A DNA stretch of 64,000 nt from Blastochloris sp. (lineage in GTDB: Bacteria > Verrucomicrobiota > Verrucomicrobiia > Methylacidiphilales > JAAUTS01), in NCBI GenBank assembly GCA_034440395.1, contig JAWXBW010000064.1, forward strand, positions 1,025-65,024, in the 5' to 3' direction. The notes beneath the pieces were generated by a model. The model had not been told where the DNA came from. It searched no databases and was given only the letters and a program-made list of their open reading frames with translations. This document shows positions 57,689-64,000 of this stretch, piece by piece (position 1 is the stretch's first letter; every line of letters starts with the position of its first letter). The position numbers were made by a program, and so were the translations under genes.

Positions 57689-58489
57689 ATGGACATCCCC
57701 TACACAGTTAATAATCGTCCCGACACAGGCCTCTACAATGCTAAGCTCGGCATGTGGCTCTTCCTCGCCTCGGAAGTGATGCTCTTTGGCGGCCTCTTCA
57801 GTGCCTATATCTTTCTCCGCCTCGGAGCAGATGACGGCATGTGGCCGCACCAAATCCTTGATGTTAAACCCGCCTTCATCAACACCATGATCCTTATCAT
57901 TTCCAGCGTGACCATTGTCCAAAGCTGGGCCGCGGTGAAAATGGGGAACTTGAAAAAGTTTAAGCTCTACATGGGTATGACCATTCTTCTCGCCTCCGCC
58001 TTCGTCGGTATTAAGAGCTACGAGTATTACACTAAGGTTCATCACTACGGTTTAATTACCAATACACGTATTCAAGTCACTGGTTACCTTGATCAAGATA
58101 AAACGAACGATCAAGTCGTCGCCATCATCCCTGATAAACATCAGGCCTTTGAATCGGGTAAGAAATTCATGGAAACGAAACTGGAAGCTGGTGCCGTTTC
58201 CGCTGGACACCACGAGCCTATCCTTTTTCAACGGAGTGATCTGGTTTGGTTCTCCAACTTCATGCCTCGCTATAACACCTTTTTTGCTATCTATTTCACC
58301 ATGACCGCCTTACACGCATTGCACGTCATCGGGGCGATTGTCGTGCTGGCCTACTTCTGGGGGCCAGGCAGTAAAATGTTCCACACCAACCGTGCGCAAT
58401 TCGCTAACCGAATCGAAGTCGTCGGTTTATTCTGGCACTTTGTTGAGCTAGTTTGGATCTTCCTCTTCCCCGTGCTTTACCTCCTTTGA
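57689..58489 (+). CDS. ctaE: cytochrome c oxidase subunit III
   Basis: 266 aa. 'GMWLFLASEVMLFGGLFSAYIF', 'YFTMTALHALHVIGAIV' and 'VGLFWHFVELVWIFLFPVLYL'. Confidence 0.85.
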   Translation: MDIPYTVNNRPDTGLYNAKLGMWLFLASEVMLFGGLFSAYIFLRLGADDGMWPHQILDVKPAFINTMILIISSVTIVQSWAAVKMGNLKKFKLYMGMTILLASAFVGIKSYEYYTKVHHYGLITNTRIQVTGYLDQDKTNDQVVAIIPDKHQAFESGKKFMETKLEAGAVSAGHHEPILFQRSDLVWFSNFMPRYNTFFAIYFTMTALHALHVIGAIVVLAYFWGPGSKMFHTNRAQFANRIEVVGLFWHFVELVWIFLFPVLYLL

Positions 58490-58533
58490 GTAATCCGTCT
58501 TGAATTTAACCTAAATAAAACTAAACTATATCT

Positions 58534-58851
58534 ATGGCATCGACTGAAAACCCCGAGCAAATTAAACAAATTGTTAAACAACATTGGGTCATAGCCGGCT
58601 TACTGTTTACCCTCATTCTCATCTCCATCGGCATCGCCCAAATTCCTTTTGTTACATGGGCGCACATGGCCATTGGCTTAGGGATCTCCTTTGTTATGGC
58701 CAGTTTAGTGCTGTGGTTTTTTATGCATCTTTCAAATGAGCGTAAACTTATTTATCAGGTCATGGTGTTTAGCGTCATATTTTCCATCGTCCTTGTGGCC
58801 TTATCCTTACTGGCCTACTTTGATCACTCTGGCTACAACGTAAAATACTAA
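58534..58851 (+). CDS. prokaryotic cytochrome c oxidase subunit IV family protein
   Basis: 105 aa with three TM helices. 'LVLWFFMHLSNERK' matches the COX4_pro 'FMHL' signature. Confidence 0.65.
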   Translation: MASTENPEQIKQIVKQHWVIAGLLFTLILISIGIAQIPFVTWAHMAIGLGISFVMASLVLWFFMHLSNERKLIYQVMVFSVIFSIVLVALSLLAYFDHSGYNVKY

Positions 58852-58869
58852 TCAACTTAGGAGCCCACC

Positions 58870-59082
58870 ATGTCACTTAAAGCTTTTCATGTTATTTTTG
58901 TCACCCTCACCACACTATTTTCTTTGGTGGGAGCACGCTGGGCCTTTCAAATTTACCAGCAAACCTCAAGCTTAGAAATGAAGGTCGTTTCCTTTAGCTC
59001 CATCGCCATTGCCGTCGCATTACTCGTTTACGGAGTCTGGTTTTATCGTAAATTAAAAACCCATCCTGCTTACCAAAACTAA
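58870..59082 (+). CDS. small two-TM membrane protein, unknown
   Basis: 70 aa with two hydrophobic helices, embedded in the cox operon with gaps of 18 nt and 7 nt. Confidence 0.4.
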   Translation: MSLKAFHVIFVTLTTLFSLVGARWAFQIYQQTSSLEMKVVSFSSIAIAVALLVYGVWFYRKLKTHPAYQN

Positions 59083-59089
59083 TACCCCC

Positions 59090-59359
59090 ATGAAACTCTT
59101 CTCACGCCCGTTCATTCTTGCGCTTCTCTCAGGACTTGCCTTGGCCGAAGCTCAAGCCTGCACAGTTTGCGGAGCGGAAGCGGGGCAAAAGGCTTCGGAC
59201 GCCGCCAGCCTAGCCATCGGCTTCCTACTCATCATCATTCTTCTCGTCATCGGCGGAATTGGCTCCGTCGTAGCTTCCATCATGTTACGCACACGCAAAC
59301 TTAACCGTGCGGCTGAACTCTCCCAAGCCTTAGAACTTAAGCCTCATTCCCCTTTATGA
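59090..59359 (+). CDS. small exported/anchored protein with CxxC, unknown
   Basis: 89 aa. The signal-like N-terminus 'LLSGLALAEAQAC' is followed by 'CTVCG' and one TM. The stop overlaps the coxB start (ATGA). Confidence 0.4.
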   Translation: MKLFSRPFILALLSGLALAEAQACTVCGAEAGQKASDAASLAIGFLLIIILLVIGGIGSVVASIMLRTRKLNRAAELSQALELKPHSPL

Positions 59360-60120
59360 TTACTACGTTCCTAGGACTTCCTCCAGACGCCTCAGCCGAA
59401 GGATTTGTTATTGATCACTTATTAGAAATTGTTCACTGGTTCATTATTGCCCTTTTCATTGGCTGGGCGATTTTCTTTTTTTACATGCTCTGGCGTTTCC
59501 GCGCAGGTAAAAATCCCAAAGCCCAATACGCAGGCTTGAAATCTCACATGAGCACTCACGCTGAAATAGGGGTTGTTGCCATCGAAGTTCTGCTCCTACT
59601 AGGACTAGCCATTCCTATCTGGGCAGTGCAAGTTAAAGAATTCCCCACTGTTGGAGCCATTCCAGTCCACGCTATCGCCTACCAATTTGGTTGGCAGTTC
59701 CATTACCCAGGTGAAGACGGCGTCTTTGGTCGTCAAAACTTCCGTCTCACCACTGGTTCAAATCCCATCGGCCTTGACTGGACAGATCCCGCCTCAAAAG
59801 ACGATGTAGTGGTCATGAATACCATGAAAGCTCCTTTGAATAAAAAACTCGCCATTCGCGTCACCTCTAAGGATGTAATCCATAATTTTTCCGCTCCCAG
59901 CTTTCGCGTCTCCAAGGACGCTATTCCTGGCATCATGAATCCCATTTGGTTTACCCCTATCAGATTAGGGGAATACGATATCATCTGTGGGCAGCTCTGT
60001 GGCTCGGGTCATGGCGTTATGAAAGGCACGGTCGAGGTTATCAACCAAGAAGATTTTGACGCCTTCATCAAGGCCACTAAGTCCGCACCCGCAGAGGCGC
60101 AACTCTCATCGATACCTTGA
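59356..60120 (+). CDS. coxB: cytochrome c oxidase subunit II (CuA; no fused cytochrome c domain)
   Basis: 254 aa with two N-terminal TM helices. The CuA motif is H-X34-'CGQLCGSGHGVM' (spacing counted by hand). Confidence 0.85.
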   Translation: MITTFLGLPPDASAEGFVIDHLLEIVHWFIIALFIGWAIFFFYMLWRFRAGKNPKAQYAGLKSHMSTHAEIGVVAIEVLLLLGLAIPIWAVQVKEFPTVGAIPVHAIAYQFGWQFHYPGEDGVFGRQNFRLTTGSNPIGLDWTDPASKDDVVVMNTMKAPLNKKLAIRVTSKDVIHNFSAPSFRVSKDAIPGIMNPIWFTPIRLGEYDIICGQLCGSGHGVMKGTVEVINQEDFDAFIKATKSAPAEAQLSSIP

Positions 60121-61169
60121 GCACAACGGCATCTTCCCAAAAACAAATAGGCTATTGGCTCGTAGCCGTAGCCCTTTCTATTTGGTTAATGGTTATCATC
60201 GGTGGTACCACCCGTCTGACAGGCTCAGGTCTCTCCATTACGGAATGGAAGCCTATCATGGGAATTTTACCTCCTATGAATGGAGAGCATTGGGATGAAG
60301 CCCTGCAAAAGTATCGAGCTACCCCACAATTTCGCATTTCAAATCCAGACATAACTCTGGATGAATTTAAAGTCATCTTCTTTTGGGAATACATCCACCG
60401 CCTCTGGGGTCGCTTGATTGGCTTACTCTTTGCCCTTCCCTTGATTTATTTCACCCTGACCCGACAACTCACCCGGTCCCTAGCCGCAAAACTTTTCTTA
60501 ATCCTAATCCTAGGTGGGGCTCAAGGTTTTCTTGGTTGGTTCATGGTCATGAGCGGACTCGTTGACCGACCTTCGGTCAGTCCCTACCGCCTCACCGCAC
60601 ATCTCTTGCTAGCCCTAGCACTCTTCAGCGCTGTCCTTTGGTTAGCTTGCGATCAACTTTGTAGAGAAATTAAATTGAAGCATAAGCCCGCCTCGTGGTT
60701 AAAAATAGCGTTACCAGCCTTGCTTGTGCTGCTTTGTTTGCAAATAGCTTGGGGCGGATTCATGGCTGGCGGAAAAATGGCCATGAGCTATCCCAGCTTC
60801 CCTGACTTTAACGGGCAATGGCTCCCCTCAGGACTTTTTCAATTCAACTCCTTTTGGAGACATATCTGCGAGCAGGCTGCCGCTGTTCACCTTATCCACC
60901 GCACACTAGGAACCTTACTTGTTCTAGGAATACTTGTGCTCTGGTGGAAAACCCGCCACTACGCTTGGACAGGTTTGCTCGGTTGGGCCCGTCAGGCTCT
61001 TGTGGTCTGCGTTATTGTGCAATTTCTCCTAGGAGTTATGACGGTCTTGCAATCTATCGGCCATATCCCCATCTTCTGGGGTGTCGCCCACCAAGGTACT
61101 GCGGTGGCCTTGCTCGGCAGCTTCCTCATCCTCTGGCATCAAATAGCTACAGCTGCGGCGCAGAAGTGA
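60117..61169 (+). CDS. ctaA: haem A synthase (COX15/CtaA)
   Basis: 350 aa. 'IIGGTTRLTGSGLSITEWKPIMGILPPMN...W...F..Y' and multiple TM helices carrying His ('YIHRLWGR', 'AAVHLIHRTLG', 'GVAHQGTA'). Its start overlaps the coxB stop. Confidence 0.85.
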   Translation: MSTTASSQKQIGYWLVAVALSIWLMVIIGGTTRLTGSGLSITEWKPIMGILPPMNGEHWDEALQKYRATPQFRISNPDITLDEFKVIFFWEYIHRLWGRLIGLLFALPLIYFTLTRQLTRSLAAKLFLILILGGAQGFLGWFMVMSGLVDRPSVSPYRLTAHLLLALALFSAVLWLACDQLCREIKLKHKPASWLKIALPALLVLLCLQIAWGGFMAGGKMAMSYPSFPDFNGQWLPSGLFQFNSFWRHICEQAAAVHLIHRTLGTLLVLGILVLWWKTRHYAWTGLLGWARQALVVCVIVQFLLGVMTVLQSIGHIPIFWGVAHQGTAVALLGSFLILWHQIATAAAQK

Positions 61170-61764
61170 GCTTACGATTTTTAGTTTAAAGTTCCTCGGT
61201 TCATACCCTTAAGCTCCATTCTTTCCTTAGATCCTTATCCCTATTATTCCTGTCTGCCTAGAAAGGCAACACGCTAAGGGGTTATAGTAAATAAGGCTTT
61301 AAACACGACCCCTTTAATAGGTGTATGAGCCTTCGTGTGCGGAGTGATTAGATCCAGTGCATCGTATGCGTAGTCCTTCAGAAAAGGTTTGACTCGTGAA
61401 TATCAATTTAATTTCATATAATAATTAATAATTCCAAACATAAAAACGTCGAGATTTGATCCGCTTCAGGTGGATTAACTCTATTGATCACGTTTCCCCA
61501 ATTATTCACAACACTTAGATCCAAGGACTGACCCCGAGCTCTGACACTTCTTAGTAGATAGAACAGCCCGTCCCGAGGGGATTGACTGATTGTTCAGATT
61601 ATGTAAATTGCAAACCATGAATCATCAACATGACCATCCTTTGAAGGATGTTGAATCTGAGCTTAACGACAATCTGTGTAGGTTGTTGGTGAGCGAGACG
61701 AACCTTTGAACGATACTACACAGTTCAGCACTAAGAAACAATCCGTATTGTGAAAAACCCTATT

Positions 61765-62955
61765 ATGCAAAACAACCTAGATCTCGAAAAGTCCCTTAAT
61801 CCTCGCGTCTTGATGTATCCTCGGAGCAAGTTGATTGACCGTTTAGAGTGGACGGGCCCGGCACACAAAGTGGCTGGATCGGCATCCGACATGCACTGGC
61901 ACGCTTGGGGCAGCGACGGTGCGCTCTACTTGGTTGATGACGACGGCGTGAACAACGGAGGTCCGCGAACATTTGCGCATCTGCTCCGGGTCGAGGGAAA
62001 GCCGCCGCACCAAACTTTTCACGTGGTGAGCCGTTTCCCTGGGCTGCAACGCTCTTCGCTCAGGCGGCATCTTTATGTGAGTGGCGCATTAGCAGTGGGT
62101 GACCGACTCTACGTTGCTGCGTACGAATACGACAGTCACGATCCAGGTAACCCGGGACGTTATCTCGTCGGCAACGATATTCAGGCCGAGAAAGGCAGCG
62201 ATTTCTTCATCATGGACGCAATCAGCCACCACGGTGGGGTCGCTTCTTTGATGTTCTCCGATGATGGCGGTGAGACGTGGCAAAACTATCCGGTTCCAGA
62301 CGCACCGCTGTTTTTGGGCCCGCGCTTCGCCGGGCTAGCGTTCGTCGGCTTTGGCCCCGGATACTCAGGTGTGCCGAATAATCTGGAAGGCTACGTCTAT
62401 GCGATCAGCAACGATGAATCTTGGGAAAGCGGCAGCCACGTCTTCTTGGCCCGCGCACCTTTGAATCAGGTCCTAGATCGCAACGCATGGACCTTTTACG
62501 GAGGACGTACGCCAGCAAATGAAGCGGCGTGGATCCCCGAGGAAGTCTACGCACGGCCGATCATGACGGACCACGGTCACGTCGGGCATCCCACCATGAC
62601 CTATAACGCAGGATTAGGTCGCTTTATCCTGGCATTCGGCAGTGATGCCGTGCCCAAGAGCTACGCGCACGACCCGGCCATTGCGTGGGAACGTTGGCAT
62701 CGCCGCCGCGAGCTGCAGATTTACGAAGGGCCGACGCCGTGGGGTCCTTGGGCTCTTGTGCATTACGACTCCGCGTGGGAGGGCGACCACGTCGCCTACC
62801 TACCCCAGATACCGCCTTGCTGGCTGAGTGCCGATGGAACCGAGGGAACGCTCATGTTCAGCGGCGACTACCGCATGTGGGGCGTGCCGGAGCCGGAAGG
62901 ACACGAGTCTTGGTACGCGCAAATAACCCGCCCCTTTCGGTTCATCTTGAAGTGA
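61765..62955 (+). CDS. hypothetical protein, possibly DUF4185/sialidase-like beta-propeller
   Basis: ~396 aa (GTG 61750 or ATG 61765) with no signal peptide. 'FSDDGGETWQNY' is an Asp-box-like element. GC-rich codon usage is unlike that of its neighbours. The family call is weak. Confidence 0.45.
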   Translation: MQNNLDLEKSLNPRVLMYPRSKLIDRLEWTGPAHKVAGSASDMHWHAWGSDGALYLVDDDGVNNGGPRTFAHLLRVEGKPPHQTFHVVSRFPGLQRSSLRRHLYVSGALAVGDRLYVAAYEYDSHDPGNPGRYLVGNDIQAEKGSDFFIMDAISHHGGVASLMFSDDGGETWQNYPVPDAPLFLGPRFAGLAFVGFGPGYSGVPNNLEGYVYAISNDESWESGSHVFLARAPLNQVLDRNAWTFYGGRTPANEAAWIPEEVYARPIMTDHGHVGHPTMTYNAGLGRFILAFGSDAVPKSYAHDPAIAWERWHRRRELQIYEGPTPWGPWALVHYDSAWEGDHVAYLPQIPPCWLSADGTEGTLMFSGDYRMWGVPEPEGHESWYAQITRPFRFILK

Positions 62956-63027
62956 AGCATCCGAGGGCTTTTGCGTGATTTCACCGCGGCGGCGCGGTTT
63001 GGGATTAAATCTTGTTCACGCAGTCCC

Positions 63028-64000
63028 TTACCTTTTGCGGAGGCGAAGAACCAACGGGAGCATGAGGAGCGGGGCGAGGGCGGAGATGGCGAGGCCCCAA
63101 TGGAGGTTGCTGTAGTCGGCTATGTAGCCGACGAGCCAAGGCATGAAGATGCCGCCGGCGTTGCCGAGCGCCGCCAATGCGCCAAACATGCTGGCACCGC
63201 CGTTTGGGTAGCGGTCGGCGGTTACGGCGAGCATCGTAGGCCAGAGACAGCTAGCCGTGAAACCCGCGAGGATGCAGGCAGTGAGGGCGAGGGACGGAAT
63301 GGGCAGGAAACTGCCTAAAAGAAAAAGAACGACCGTGCTGCCGCAGCTCCAAGCCATAAGTTGAAATGCGTTGAAGCGGGTGCCGGCGAAACCGATTATC
63401 ATGCGGCCGAGACCCATGGCGACGGAGAACAGTAGGAGCGAGCCTCCGCTTATCCAGGTCGGAAACCCGAGGGAGGTTTCCGCGTAGGCGGGGAGCCATT
63501 GGGTCATGCCGAGTTCGGTTGCACCGCCAAGAAAGAGAGCGATGGCAGCGAAGAGGAACCAGTGTTGGGCGAAGAGCGAGCGGACGGAGGTGCGGACGCT
63601 TTCGTGGGCAAGGTCGGGAAACCGTAGTGGGGCGAAGGCAACGAGGAGGCCGAGCGGAAGTGGGAGAAAGATAAGGCACGAGCCGCGCCAGCCGAATCCG
63701 GCGGCGAGGGCGAGTGAACCAGCGAGAATGGTGATGACGGCACCGACGCAATAGAACGAGTGGAGCCAGTTCAGGGCTGCGGCCCGGTTTGAGGGATTGA
63801 GTGTGGAGACGATGGGGCTAAGAACCATATCAAGCATGCCGGCGGCGAGGCCGAGGGCGAAGAATGCGACGAGGAGGAGGTTGTAAGTGGGTGCGAAGGC
63901 CATCGCAATAAGACTGATGGCGGTCAGGGCGTTGCCCAGTTGGGCGAAGAACTTGGTGCCGTGGCGGTCGGCGAGCGGACCGGTGATGAGGATGCCGACG
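63028..64000 (-). CDS. MFS transporter (partial; N-terminus lies beyond the window end)
   Basis: The frame stays open from 63903 to the window edge ('VGILITGPLADRHGTKFFAQLGNALTAISLIAMAF...'). 'GPLADRHGTKF' matches the MFS loop-2/3 motif. The rest is multiple TM helices. Confidence 0.8.
   Translation of the reverse strand, partial: VGILITGPLADRHGTKFFAQLGNALTAISLIAMAFAPTYNLLLVAFFALGLAAGMLDMVLSPIVSTLNPSNRAAALNWLHSFYCVGAVITILAGSLALAAGFGWRGSCLIFLPLPLGLLVAFAPLRFPDLAHESVRTSVRSLFAQHWFLFAAIALFLGGATELGMTQWLPAYAETSLGFPTWISGGSLLLFSVAMGLGRMIIGFAGTRFNAFQLMAWSCGSTVVLFLLGSFLPIPSLALTACILAGFTASCLWPTMLAVTADRYPNGGASMFGALAALGNAGGIFMPWLVGYIADYSNLHWGLAISALAPLLMLPLVLRLRKR

Noticed and set aside
61201-61749. Start-less ORF fragments in the long spacer (minus-strand 'VKPFLKDYAYDALDLITPHTKAHTPIKGVVFKALFTITP*'; plus-strand 30-aa 'MNHQHDHPLKDVESELNDNLCRLLVSETNL'), checked as integrase, transposase or tRNA remnants
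   Set aside because: I recognise no family motif and no tRNA-like T-arm or acceptor pattern. They are reported only as context for the compositional boundary.
62983-62998. Short GC hairpin ACCGCG-gcgg-CGCGGT between the convergent GC-rich genes
   Set aside because: It is only a 6-bp stem with no T-tract, which is insufficient to call a terminator.
62971-63754. Several 80-170-aa ORFs on both strands in the GC-rich tail (62971-63318, 63251-63751, 63504-63743, 63506-63754)
   Set aside because: These are typical high-GC shadow ORFs (Arg/Pro/Ala-rich) overlapping the MFS transporter frame. Only the MFS frame shows TM periodicity and the MFS loop motif.

Overview
This 64-kb window is a moderately AT-rich bacterial chromosome, roughly 45-50% GC from hand counts of sample lines. 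It is almost fully coding. I saw no rRNA, tRNA, CRISPR array or IS element. The gene content looks like an aerobic PVC-group or Verrucomicrobia-like organism, but that is inference only.

Gene layout:
- 0.2-7.9 kb (minus strand): hypothetical protein, hopanoid radical-SAM hpnH, ppk1, guaB, SF2 helicase.
- 8.2-13.3 kb: a Tad-type pseudopilin cluster with two TadE-like genes and a 1279-aa TadG-N/vWA protein. Its vWA fold is split by an insert of about 840 aa that ends in a strict (Thr-X)n array of about 271 aa.
- 13.35-21.6 kb: an overlap-coupled five-gene operon of DUF192, a HAD::UbiA fusion, a DprE1-like gene, a DprE2-like gene, and a 1458-aa YYY/DUF2298 GT-C-like membrane protein.
- 21.7-24.4 kb: a carotenoid glycoside-ester-type trio.
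- 24.7-31.8 kb: a fucose/rhamnose catabolic cluster.
- 31.8-38.3 kb: mqo, a BacNaV-type channel, hpnC plus an hpnD::hpnE fusion, and an LpxH-like phosphoesterase.
- 38.4-43.1 kb: two tandem Flp pilins (one below the ORF-track cutoff), then an unexplained four-gene operon.
- 43.3-44.0 kb: a methyltransferase interrupted by a nonsense codon.
- 44.4-61.2 kb: a same-strand respiratory supercluster of about 16.8 kb (ACIII actABCDEF, ccoS/N/O plus a cytochrome c, aa3 coxA/C/IV/B, ctaA).
- The last ~2.3 kb jumps to about 58-68% GC.

Lead hypothesis: the 13.35-21.6 kb operon makes a polyprenyl-phospho-pentose donor, as in the decaprenyl-phospho-arabinose pathway. The YYY protein would be the transferase, and the neighbouring Thr-rich stalk protein the obvious candidate acceptor.

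All calls rest on reading the translations and remembered family motifs. No searches or computations were run.
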